Of a DNA stretch of 64,000 nucleotides, positions 1 to 11,656 are shown one piece after another. A program made the translations under genes and the position numbers. Within the stretch, counting starts at the first letter, position 1; each line of letters opens with the position of its first letter. The notes under the pieces were generated by a model. The model was not told where the DNA came from and did no database searches. It saw only the letters and a program-made list of their open reading frames with translations. The DNA lies in assembly GCA_951406725.2 (NCBI GenBank), contig OX597833.1, forward strand, positions 34,100,001 through 34,164,000, read 5' to 3'. The DNA is from Octopus vulgaris. Its lineage: Eukaryota.

Positions 1-299
1 GACACTAATTTTACAAGTACAAAACTATAGTATTAGATTGTAAACTGTACATAAGGGTAATCACAGACCTGTCTGAGCTCACAATCTTTCTGTCACATAC
101 CTTGAAAAATGGCAAAGTATTCAAAGTAAAAATGTATTATATGTACAAACTATTCACACACATTAATTCCTTCCAAGTGCAACAAAGCCAGTCCAAATCA
201 CATTACTATGTAAATAGTGCAACTGCATTACAAACAGCACTAGCAGCCATCATCCATTGTGAGCTTCATCTGAGCTTTGTAGAGAGTAACTATTAAAGA

Positions 300-1310
300 C
301 TGAAGTATTTTTTGGCTCTAAAGAGGGAGAGCAGTCTTTGTGATGCAATTCTGATTATGATGGAGGCGGGTGTTCACCAGGAGACCCTCAGTGACTGTGA
401 AGCTGAGCCTTAGTAGCAACTTTGATAGTTCTAGTATGCTATTCATATTTAGTAGGGTGAAGTGTGATAATGTTTTCTTGATATGTGCAGTAATTGGGAG
501 TTTGTGCTGTTGAAGGAAACAAGGCTGACACAACTTGATTTTTTTTTTTTTTTTTTTGCAATCCTTTGTTCATGGAGTCATGGCATATATAGTTTGAATG
601 CGAATGATATTCAAACTATATCACATCATGCCTTGCAATTGAGTACAATGGCCAAATTCACCAAATACTCTCTATGTCTTCCATCATCATCATCTTGACC
701 ATGGTTTTGGAAGAGAGCCTATAGTTCATCTTCCCCTGGGTCAGTTCCGGTTTGCAGGTAAATGTGAATGTAGCAAGTAGTACTTGGAAAGATCAGGGAG
801 AAATGAAAGGGAATATCATCTGTGAAGGAGTGGGTATTGCCAGAAGTGATTACAAGTCATTAATGTAAGGAGGGGGAGCATGTGGGGACACTGAAATTGA
901 TAGTTAGAGAGAGTGCCATCAGTACACACTATCATGGTACAATCTGACAGGAATTCACTAATCTGAGCAAAAGAGAGAGAGGTGGAGCTTATAAGCGAGA
1001 TGTTTTGCCAGATTTGTGTTAGGGGAAACAATACTTTCTTCACCAATTTCTCAATAGTGAGAGCCTATGGTGAAGTGACAATGGAGACCAAGTCTTCAGT
1101 AGATGTAGCTTTACAAAAGCAGCACTAATGGTTACTGAGAAGGAGAGAGTTAAAGTTTTAAAGTAGGTGATTGTAAGTGGCTGTTTCTATCAGCTTTAAG
1201 ATGGGAGAAATGAATCTAGTAGGACACTCACTGGCTGGGTTAGAGGAGTCACCCTTCTTGAGAATAACGTTTTAAAAGATTAGATTGTATACTGAGATTG
1301 GAGAGTTTGG
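300..1310 (-). mobile_element. Highly decayed non-LTR retrotransposon RT fragment (CR1/L2/Jockey-like)
   Basis: ORF 816-1046 ISEFLSDCTMIVCTDGTLS resembles the RT segment ISSFLSDRSISVRVDG; many stops. Probably continues beyond the SINE to about 2100. Confidence 0.5.
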
Positions 1311-1318
1311 TTAGGAAT

Positions 1319-1652
1319 GAGGAGACCCCCATTGGTCATGAATGATCATGAGATTGCACCTAGAAAGTTACCCTCCGAGGCACGAGTCCAGGCAAGGTTG
1401 TTTGTGGAAGGCCAGCAGTTGTCCATGCATACCAGCCTCCCCTCTCCACACCATTGATGTTATCCAAAGGAAAGGCAAAGGCCGATACAGCTTGGCACCA
1501 GTGATGTCGTGACTCGTTTCTAGAGCTGAGTGAACTGGAGCAACGTGAAATAAAGTGTCTTGCTCAAGAACACAACACGCAGCCTGGTCTGGGAATCAAA
1601 CTCACAACCTCATGATCGTAAGCTCGACGTTCTAACCACTGAGCCACGCGCC
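1319..1652 (-). mobile_element. tRNA-derived SINE, family C, with 8-bp TSD
   Basis: Minus head GGCGCGTGGCTCAGTGGTTAGA...GAGTTTGATTCCC (A and B boxes), then CORE-like TCTTGAGCAAGACACTT. TTAGGAAT occurs at 1311-1318 and 1653-1660. Confidence 0.85.
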
Positions 1653-3114
1653 TTAGGAATAGTTGCTCACTTTATGATGTAATATATTGCCAGTATATCT
1701 TAACTCTACTCAGTAAAGAGTGAGGGATAGACTTAACTTGAGGAAGAAGGACTTGAGTCTTACAAACTCTTAATAATTTGCATCTGAAAATAAAAAGTTA
1801 GTAAAATTCATCAGTGTAAAATAAATTCAAGTGTTGTGAGATGGGTAAATTCGGATGTTCCTAGCAGTCCTTCAAAGAAATAAGAACTGTTGGAAGAGTC
1901 TGCAGTAACACTCTTCTCATCTTTGAGTAAAGCCATGAGTACAAACAAATGTCCTAAGTCAACATTTTCAGGACACACTGGCAACATCATCAGCACCCCA
2001 AACATGTTGGGTGCATTTTTAAAACCTCATAATGAGTGGAACCATTACTTTTTATTGAGCTGCAAAATAACATCTGTACATGGACAAGGTCTAAGATATT
2101 CCTAAAAGAAGCAAAGTATAGCTTAACTAGCCTAATTTAGTCATCCTTAAAATTATAAAAATGAAAGCATTGGGTATTACAAATGGTTGCAAACAAAGAT
2201 TACATTGGCTTTACCTACAAAATTTTTGTTCAGAGTAATCCTCTCCTAGAGAAGTTGTCTATGTAGCTGAAGAGCAGAAGTCTATATGTCACTTTTTATG
2301 GTCTTCCAGCACACTCCTTCATTATCTTAAGTATTTCTATATCCTTTCAAATTCATGCTAGTTAGCCTTTAACCCTATACTGGATTCGTATTTTATTGGC
2401 AAATTTTCTTTTTGTCTTGCTGGTTTTTTAGCAATCCTCTTTGCCAGGTTATCCTTCTGAGGGGACTAGTTTAATTACCAATGACCTGACTCTACCAAGT
2501 CATACTGGATTGCATGCTACCAATAGCACTCACAGCTGACCTGAAATGCATCTATATACGCATATATACACACACACATACGGTCAGGTTTGCATTGAGA
2601 TGTTTCAGTCTGTAACTCTGGTAATTGTAAAGCTAAAGGCATGACACTCATTTACAACAATTATGTGAAGTCTAGTAAACACGAAATCATACACACTTGC
2701 ATACATATACATATATGTATATGTGAAGCATAAAATCAGGAGGTATAAAAGGTGAAGATAGATTTATTTATCCTTATGATTACAGCTATTTTGTTACCTT
2801 CTTCATGTCGTATTAATTTCAATATGCAAAATCATGTTTTGCATCAGTATCTACACTCAGCATTATACAGTGCAATTGTGTATCCACAAATTTATGTAAA
2901 TAAAGAAAACTAACTCATCAGGTCACCGGAATATCATGTTTACAACTACAATTCAGCTCATTCAAAACATTCATATTTTCTGGATTTTCAGTTACACTGA
3001 CATATTACATTGTAATTGATTATTGATGTAGACTGATAACCGATTCTGTATGGGAAGCTTTCTGTGGTAGCCACACAAGTCTTTGATTCCATGTTTTGTA
3101 CTATTCTTATGACA

Positions 3115-3260
3115 AGTTTCTTTCAGTTTCCCTTAACCAAATCCACTCACAAGGCTTTGGTCAATCTGGAGCTCTAGAAGACACTTGCCTAAGTGCCACA
3201 CAGTGAGACTGAAACCAGAACCAAGTGGTTGGGAAGCAAACTCCTTAACCACACAGCCAT
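3115..3260 (-). mobile_element. SINE family A, 5' part
   Basis: Reverse complement of the head at 4535-4690. Confidence 0.75.
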
Positions 3261-3689
3261 AAGGTGCTTATTGTGAAGAGTTTTGGAGAGCCTTTTAGAT
3301 AATAATACCCTTTTGATAACATTATCTGTGAATATAATAAGCAGTTTCTATTGAGTGTATGTCTATAAAATCTGATACATGGTTACAGATAGCCTCTCTG
3401 GTACTGGTTGTACAATAAAATACATCCAGTCTACAGTGTAAAGTGGTTGGTGACAGAAAGGACATCAAATCATAAAACTTATTCTGAAAAAAAAACACGA
3501 TGCTGCAGAACAAAGATTGTCAGGTTTGCTCTGTTGCTGAATGTGTTAGGTGATGAAGGACCACTGCAAGTGTTAGAATCCACCCAACCCATGTCAATTT
3601 GAAAAATCCAACATAATATGATGAAGATTGATATTTGATACTTATTGTATTGATTTAGAAACGATGATGAAGTTGATTCTATTTGTATA

Positions 3690-4030
3690 TCTTTTATTTG
3701 TTTCAGTCATTAGACTTTGGCTATGCTGAAGGATTTTTGTTGAACTAATCAATCCTAGGATTTATTCTTTTAAAGCTTGATACTTATTCAATCAGTGTCT
3801 TTTGCCGAATCGCTAAATTACGGGGATGTAAACACACCAACACTGGTTGTCAGGCAGTGGAGGGGGAGGACACACTCATATACCCACACATGACATGCTT
3901 TTTTCAGTTTCCATCTACCAAATCCACTCACAAGGCTTTGATCAGCCTGAGGCTATAGTAGAAGGTGCCACGCAGTGGAACTGAACCCAGAATCATGTGG
4001 TTAGGAGGAAAGCTTCTTTCTACATAGCCA
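3690..4030 (-). mobile_element. SINE family A
   Basis: Reverse complement of 4535-4887 (ccaaatccactcacaaggctttg; tgtttcagtcatt tail). Confidence 0.8.
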
Positions 4031-4104
4031 AGCTTACATATATTTATATATCATAAAGTTTAATTGTATGTTAATCATTACATATTTTTTTGTTACAGAT
4101 AGCC

Positions 4105-4299
4105 ATGGAAGGTATAGCCGACCGTAGGGAGGCACGGCGCCCAATGAATTCATTTTTCATCTTTTGTAAACGCCATCGAAGTATGGTTCGAAGTAAGCAC
4201 CCAAATTTGGACAACCGCAGCATAAGTCGCATTTTGGGTGACTTATGGGCAAATCTAGGCAAGGAAGAGAAACAACAATATACAGCAACTGCTAAACAG
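4105..4299 (+). CDS. BBX: BBX (bobby sox) HMG-box transcription factor, coding exon 1 (N-terminal part of the HMG box)
   Basis: Translates as ARRPMNSFFIFCKRHRSMVRSKHPNLDNRSISRILGDLWANLGKEEKQQYTATAKQ, a BBX-type HMG box. Acceptor ttacag ends at 4098, ATG (gccATGg) is at 4105, and the phase-0 donor gttaga is at 4300. An upstream exon outside the window is likely. Confidence 0.93.
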
Positions 4300-4534
4300 G
4301 TTAGACATTGTTACTTTTTCTTTTGCATGATTTAGAAAAGAAAAGATACCAACTTTCACCTTTTTGAGTGCCTCTAAGACAAGTGGAAAGAAAGGAGGGA
4401 GTTATCCTCAGATGAGAGGATTTACTCAAATGTTTGCACTAGTATGTGCAATAATAGCACATGATGGTGTTGAACTCATTGACAGTTTAATTCTTTAGCA
4501 CTGATTTAATTTAAATTAACCCTTATTTATTCAT

Positions 4535-4887
4535 AGGCGTAGGAGTGGCTGTGTGGTAAGTAGCTTGTTTACCAACCACATAGTTCCAGGTTCAGTCCCA
4601 CTGCGTGGCACCTTGGGTAAGTGTCTTCTACTATAGCCTCAGGTCAACCAAAGCCTTGTGAGTGGATTTGGTAGACGGAAACTGAAAGAAGCCTGTCATA
4701 TATGTGTGTGTGTATATGTTTGTGTGTCTGTGTTTGTCCCGATGCTGGTGTGCTTACAGCGCTGTAACTCAGCGGTTCAGCAAAAGAGACCAAAAAAATA
4801 AGTCCTGGGGTCGATTTCCTCAACTAAAGGCGGTGCCCCAGCATGGCCACAGTCAAATGACTGAAACAAATGAAAGAGTAAAGAGAG
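4535..4887 (+). mobile_element. tRNA-derived SINE family A, full length
   Basis: GGAGTGGCTGTGTGGTAAG (A-box) and GGTTCAGTCCC (B-box); internal (TG)n; tail GACTGAAACAAATGAAAGAG; flanked by a ~120-bp direct repeat. Confidence 0.88.
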
Positions 4888-5274
4888 AGATGAGAGGATT
4901 TACTCAAATGTTTGCACTAGTATGTGCAATAGTAGCACATGATGGTGTTGAACTCATTGACAGTTTAATTCTTTAGCACTCTGATTTAATTTAAATTAAT
5001 CCTTATTCACATTGTTTCGAATTAATCATATATTATCTTTTAGCTTTGAGATTTTGATGGTTTGACTATATTTTTGAGACAAACATTGTAGGGTAGGTGT
5101 GAGAGGCTGGACCTGACTGGTTTGAACAGGTAGAATATCTTGGTTGGATGTGGCTGGTCTAAATGCTAAAGGGTTAAACATGGCATTTAAAGAAGAGAAA
5201 TGTCTTCTCTGAGAGGCTTCCACAGTTTCCATGTTAGCAAATTTCACTTACAAGACTATTTGATCCAAGGTCAC

Positions 5275-8200
5275 ATTAGACAATTCCTTGGATAATGGAA
5301 CATTACCTTTAATGATTCTACAAAAAGAAAATAATTTTGTGTATCCTTGTCGTAAATCTGTGTTACCACGTGTAGCAACCACGATTGAAAACACGCCCCT
5401 TTCTACTTTGTAAAGATAATTGTTAGTACATCCCGAATTCTAGAAAAACCATACACACAGTTTTATATATCAGCACGCACCACACATGAATATATACACA
5501 AAGCGAATTTAAATCATACTTTCTTCTTCTTCGCTGAGGCATTGCAGGGAGTATCGTGTGCACATTATAAACACACCAACCATTGAATCCTTACATCTCT
5601 TGATTGTACATATAATTGTATCTTTTTTCATTCATACAATGAGGAAAGCAAGAACAGTTAACAACAAAAAATAAGATATTATTTATTTATCTCCCTAACA
5701 AGTGTGCACATTATAAACACACCAACCATTGACTCCTTACATCTCTTGATTGCATATATAATTGCATCTTGTATATACACATACAATGAGGAAAGCGGAA
5801 ACAGTGAACAACAATAACAACAAAAAATAAAACATCTTATTTATCTCCCTAACAAGTGTGCTATATCTTCACATTTTTTTCTTCTTTGTTTACCTTTGTA
5901 CTACGGTACGGATGGGCAGACAGAACAAAACTGCCACAGTATCATCCATGGATGAGCTGTGCAACAAAACTGGTCGCTGTCCTAAAATAGAGCGTTGCCT
6001 AGCAAATCATCTATGCACAAAACTCAAAAATTCCTTCCGAAATAGATGGGTTGAATGCAGTAAATGTTGTATTTCGATATGCTTTCAATGTGCCACAAAC
6101 TTTCAAAAGATCCCAGGTCAAAAGAAAGGACACCATACTTCTATGATGGATAAACTCTGGGAAATGGTCCAGCTACTAAACTGGTCATTTCAGTGCCTGA
6201 CTTGTGTGTCCCCTGCTACCATTGCTACTGAACAGCAACAACAAAATCCAACAACTGTGTCTTCTGCTGCCATTGCTGCTGAACAGCAAAGACCAACTGT
6301 TATGTCTCCCAAAACCAGTTCTATTGATGAAGAACAACAAAAAAAGTTAAAATCGGCCATTCCTGTTGAAGAACATCAACAAAAACTTAAGCCGCCTGTG
6401 TCTTCCTCCCCTGTTTGCTCTTCAACAACAAAAATTGATCATTCCAGCCGAAGTACATCAGCAGGAACAAAAACTAACCATGCCCTCCTCTCCCAATACT
6501 TCTCAACATCAGCAAAAACCGACCATCAGCACAGAAGTTGCAGAAATTAGACATATAATTTCTGCTTTAAGCCGCGAAATAGCAGGAATCAAAACCAGCG
6601 TCTGTGCTAAACCTCACAATGAGGGGTCATATCGGAGTGCCTTGCTCAGCAATTTACCCGAAGCTCTTATGGAACCTCAACACATCGAGGAAGTTGCTGA
6701 ATCAACCACTCATGAGGTAATTGCCATCGGAGTATCAGAAGATGTGGTAGATCTACAGACATTTACTGGAAACACACCTAAGGACCTAAGCTGTGTTCCT
6801 CCAAAAAGTGCTTTCCGCCTTGGCCGACCAGGATCCAAACCCAGACTGATCAGGCTGATGTTTTCAAACTCTGCTGAGGCGCGGGCATACCATCTAGCTG
6901 CTGATAGGGCTCGACGCGAAAACAGAATTACCTTTAGAACACGTCCTGGCCTACCACCTGATGTACACCCAAAGCTAAGATCTGTAGCTTCCCTAAATCG
7001 CAACTCTGTTCCACAGGAAAGCTTTAGCCTACGCGATGATGGGCAAATATGGAAATTTATCAAGTCTGGTGAGTTGTGGATAAGGGATATCAGTTAGACT
7101 GAGCAAACTGCACCCACAATAACTGGCAATACAAAAATCATGGAAAACTAAACAAGAACAATCAGCCATTCCCTGTATATCATCGCCATCTGAAATCCAG
7201 ATACAAACTGTTGTCCTTGAATGTCCGTAGTTTATGCAACAAGGTACATCTTTTTGACTCTTACGTCAAAAGTATCAACCCAGATTTCATCACAGTCACG
7301 GAAACATGGGCACATTCTGCACTCTGTGATGGGGTTTTCAGCATAGCCAGCTACAACCTGTTCTGCAAAGACTGCATTAATCGCTGTGGTGGGGGTGTGA
7401 TGGTTTATGTTCAATCAAATCTATCGGCAATTCCTTGTGATGATTTGAGCCAATCTCAACAGGAAGTATTTTTCTGCAATATACACATGACCATGTCAAC
7501 ACTTCTGCTTGGAGTTGTTTACCACCCCCCCAAATTATCATCAAGACACACAACTTTTTGATATCCTCAGAGCTGCTGCCAGGAAAACAGCCACTTATGT
7601 TTATATTGTAAGGGACTTCAATTTCCCTGAGATTGACTGGGAGGCCTTCCGTTGGCTGCAAAGTGCAGACAATTTCCTTGAACTGGTGCTGAATTCAAAT
7701 TGGTCCCAAGTCGTTACCTCCCCCACAAGGGGTAACAACACATTGGACCTGCTACTTACCGCTTCTCCTCAAACAATTATTAGTGTCACTACTGACACAG
7801 CAAAGTGTTCTGGAAGTATGTACACTTAAAGCAGAGACCTCGCTCTCCAGTTGGTCCCCTTCGCAATCCCCACACAGGGCAGATTACTGGCAATCCCAAA
7901 GATTATGCAGAAATCATTGCTGGATGCTATGTAGGCATCTTTACTGTCGAAGATCAAAATTTTCCATCTCCATCACCTCTGACACCGGACTCTATAACTA
8001 CTATGAAATTTACACCAGCAATGCTACAACGCCACCTTAAGAATAAACGTAACTATGCCTCTCCTAGTCTCGATGGTGTTACATACCTACTTCTCAAACG
8101 CAGTGGGTACTTTCTTCTAAACCAACTTTCACTATTCTTTCAATTCTGTCTTGACAATGGTGTTATTCCAGAGCAGTGGAAAACTGCCAGTGTTATCCCT

Positions 8201-9629
8201 CTGTTCAAAAAAGGTGACCGTACATCACCTGTCAACTATCACCCCATTAGTCTTACTAGCTGCATCACCAAACTGATGGAATCCTGTGTCAGAGAAACCC
8301 TCTGGAATTTCTGGAAGTCTCACAGCCTCATCCAGCCGTCACAATTTGGTTTTATTCCTAACTCCAGCTGCTGTAATCAACTCATCGAGTTTCTTGAGGA
8401 CATTACCCGAATCACTGATCGCGGATCCAGGGTGGATGTTGTTTACCTGGCCTTTGCTAAGGCTTTTAATTCTGTGCCACACAAAAGACTTATGGTGAAA
8501 CTCTCTGTGATGGGTGTAAGAGACGATCTCTACAACTGGTTGAAGTCCTTTATTATCGGCCAAAAACAGGTTGTCACTGTTCTTGGCCACCTTTTATTTG
8601 TTGCAGATGTTAATGACATAAATGCCAACTTAAAGAATGCCACAGTGCTGAAATATGCAGCTAACATCAAGCTGTACCTCGAAATAAAGAGGTCAGATCC
8701 TATACACTATAGATCTCTATTGCAATCAGACCTAGACACAATGCAGTAGTGGATCATGGACTGGCAACTCAAGCTAGCTGTGGACAAATGTACCACCATG
8801 CATTTTGGGAGGAAAAACCCAGCATCTACTTACTCCCTCCACAACACTAATCTCAAAAAGTCTTCTCATGAACATGACCTGGGCATTATTGTCGACAGTG
8901 ATTTGCGTTGGACAAAACACATCGCTAAAATTGCCAAGAAGGCTGAGGGTGTCTTGGCATCACTCGCCAAGTCCTTTGTGAGACGCTCTCCGGCTATCTC
9001 TCTACGGCTTTATATAGCTATGGTACGACCTCACTTAGAATTTGCATCACCGGTCTGGAACCCCTATCTTGCCCAGGATATTAATCGTCTGGAAGCCGTT
9101 CAGCGACGTGCAACCAAGAGAATACCCTCCATCAGGCATTTGCCATATTCTGAACGCCTTACTTTCCTGGGCATGGATACATTGAAACTCCGACGTCTGG
9201 CAGCTGACTTGGCAGACACCCATAAAATTATTAACCGTTCTTACAAACAATAACTCTGAGCACCTTTTCGAACTCCATCTGTCTAACACCCGTGGACATG
9301 TTTACAAAGTCAGAAAACAGCACAACTCACATGACTTTTGGAAACATTTTTTCATGCTAAGAGTTGCTGAAGCATGGAACAAACTGCCAGCATCAGTTGT
9401 TAGTTGTCGGAACACTTCATCCTTCAAAACTTCCATGCTTCCTGAGATTCGCAAACACTACACCTGATTTTCTCCCCTCCGTACACACGCAAGCATGTAT
9501 CTGACTCATACACTGTTCGCTTTCCAGATATTTGTACATTACTGCATATACTTTATACGCACTTTTGACAAAGTGTGGTGCACCTGAGCACTGTATACAA
9601 TAATTTCTTTATATATTTATATTTATTAT
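5275..9629 (+). mobile_element. Near full-length, inactivated CR1-clade LINE (5' UTR, ORF1, APE endonuclease, RT, 3' UTR)
   Basis: ORF1 runs from 5912 to about 7097 and is frameshifted (Cys-rich N-terminus; FRLGRPGSKPRLIRLMF). APE motifs LNVRSL, VTETW, GGGVMVY, DFNFP, NTLDL (7205-7800). RT motifs PLFKKGDR, YHPISLTS, QFGF, AFAKAFNSVPH; YADD has decayed to YAAN. CR1 C-terminus VRPHLEFASPVWNP, LEAVQRRATK. ATT-type tail. Internal deletions near 7800 and 8580; stop at 8747. Confidence 0.93.
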
Positions 9630-9840
9630 ATAGAAGACGCTTGCCCAAGGTACAACACTGGAATTGAACCTGAAACCACATAGTTACAATGTTAACCTTC
9701 TTAACTACATTGTCATGGCTTTGATTATGTCAAACTAGCAGTAATAGCACAGAAAAGAAAGAGATGTCTTAGCTGTTATATTGTACTTCTGAGCTTGTGA
9801 GTTCAAATCCTATTGATGCCAACTCAAGCTTTATTATTAT

Positions 9841-11129
9841 TTTGGTTTGGCTCAGGTTCGGTTTTGTTCCTGGTGGAAATTATGTGGATAGCAGGTTTAC
9901 TACTTTTAACTATACATATCCACAAGTTTTCAGCAGTCTTTCAAGTGCTTAGAACCCTCCTGATAATCCTTGCTGTTTCTAAGAGACAAACTTTCTATAG
10001 GAGCTAGATCGGGCATTCTGTTTCAATCTCCTTTAGCCATTTGTCTATATCTTGGCTTACTGATCCCAACACACCAATTATTATAGACATGACCATTTCT
10101 GTTTGCATACTCCAAATTCTTTTTGTTTCAAACTTTAAGGGATTATATGTTTTTGTTTTTCTTCCTCTTTACAATCCTGGAATCAAATGGGTAAGGTGGG
10201 TCGATAAGTAAGCAACTTTGTTTTTCCCTATCTACAATTGTTATGTCTGGTCTATTATTTTTTAAATTATTGTCCATTTGAATAGGAAAGTCCCACAAAA
10301 TCTTACATACCACCAACTCCAGTACTCTTTCGACTCAATGATTGTACCATGTGTTTCCAGCTTCAAATCCCCATTTCTGGCACAGTTTCTTGTGTACAAC
10401 TTTTACAACCTGGTCATGCCTCCAGTTCTTATATTCTTCCTGTGCCACCGTCTCATTCCAAGTTCTACAGGCTCTACATTTTCCTGACACATTCTCTCCA
10501 TATATATTTTTCTCAAGTTGTTTGTTTTCATTGGTTGATGTTGGGTTGCTACAATTAGGCTCGCTGTTTCTTTTTTTGTAATTGCCCCTTTTCTAACCAA
10601 GCCCAGGATTTTGTTCCACATACATCTTCAGTGGCTCTCCAAAAATGGCCATGCAGAGGTTTCTCTTCAATCTCTTTGACATGCTCTCTTTGTATTTCAT
10701 TCTTGTCCTTTTCTCCTATTATGTGTTTCATCACCCATTCTTTATTGACTGCCTTTAGTAGTTTTTTTTGTGCTGCTCTGTAAATACTCTACTAGGCATT
10801 TTTTCCATCTGTACATATTCTTCTACTGCTATTAAGCCTCTTCCACCCTGGTCTCTCCTCAAGTACAGCTGGTTGATATCTGCTTTCAGATGGTGGGCTC
10901 CATACATCATCAATAACTTCCTAGATTTTCTGCCAAGTTTCTTTATATCATTTTTGGTCCAGTCTGTAATTTGAACTCCATATCTGATTAAGGGTACTGT
11001 TCTTGAATTTATTGCTTCAGTAAGATTTTTGGAATTCAGCTTTGACTGCAATAATTTTCTGACACTCCTTGTGTACTCACTACTCGTAATTTGTTCATTT
11101 TTTTGTCTTGTTTGCTTCCAGTATTCCCT
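9841..11129 (-). mobile_element. 5'-truncated R4/Dong-clade non-LTR retrotransposon (restriction-like endonuclease)
   Basis: KLNSKNLTEAINSRTVPLIRY...HLKADINQLYLRRDQGGRGL, and downstream ILWDFPIQ and RPDITIVD on the minus strand. (TTA)n on both flanks. Confidence 0.8.
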
Positions 11130-11160
11130 ATTATTATTATCATCATTATTATTATTATTT

Positions 11161-11656
11161 GAGTTCAAATGTCGTTGAGATCACCTTTGCCTTTCATCCT
11201 TTTGTGGTCAATGTAATAAGTACCAGTTGAGCACTAGAGTCAATGAAATTGGCTTTCCTCTCCCCTGAAATTGTTGAGTTTGTACCAGAATATTAAAATC
11301 ATTGTTATTATGGTAAGCAGGCTGAATTGTTAGCATGCCAGACAAAATACTTAGTGGCATGTTTTCTGGCTTTGCATTTCTGAATTCAAATGCAACCCAG
11401 ATTGACTTTACCTTTCATCTTTGTGGGGTCAGTAAAATGAGTACCAGTTAAACACTGGAATCAATGTAACCGACTTAACCCCTACCTCAAAATTGGTGTC
11501 CTTGTGCCAAAATTAGTAAGAATTATTATTTTCCAGTTCTTTGTATTCTGAGTTCAAATCCCATTAAGATGAGTTCCAGTTGAGTACTGGAGTTAATATA
11601 ATCAACTTACTCCCTCCCCCAAACATGCTGGCTTTGTGTCAAAATTTGAAACCATT
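11161..11656 (+). mobile_element. Three tandem decayed SINE family B copies
   Basis: Repeated gagttcaaat...cctttcatc...gtaccagtt...ttgtgccaaaat...attatt units. Confidence 0.75.

Noticed and set aside
4535-4610. tRNA gene calls at SINE heads (also 1580-1652 and 18970-19040)
   Set aside because: A and B boxes are present, but the heads run into SINE bodies with TSDs and do not form full cloverleaves.
6710-9289. Minus-strand and alternate-frame ORFs overlapping the LINE
   Set aside because: Shadow ORFs of LINE coding sequence with no independent motifs.
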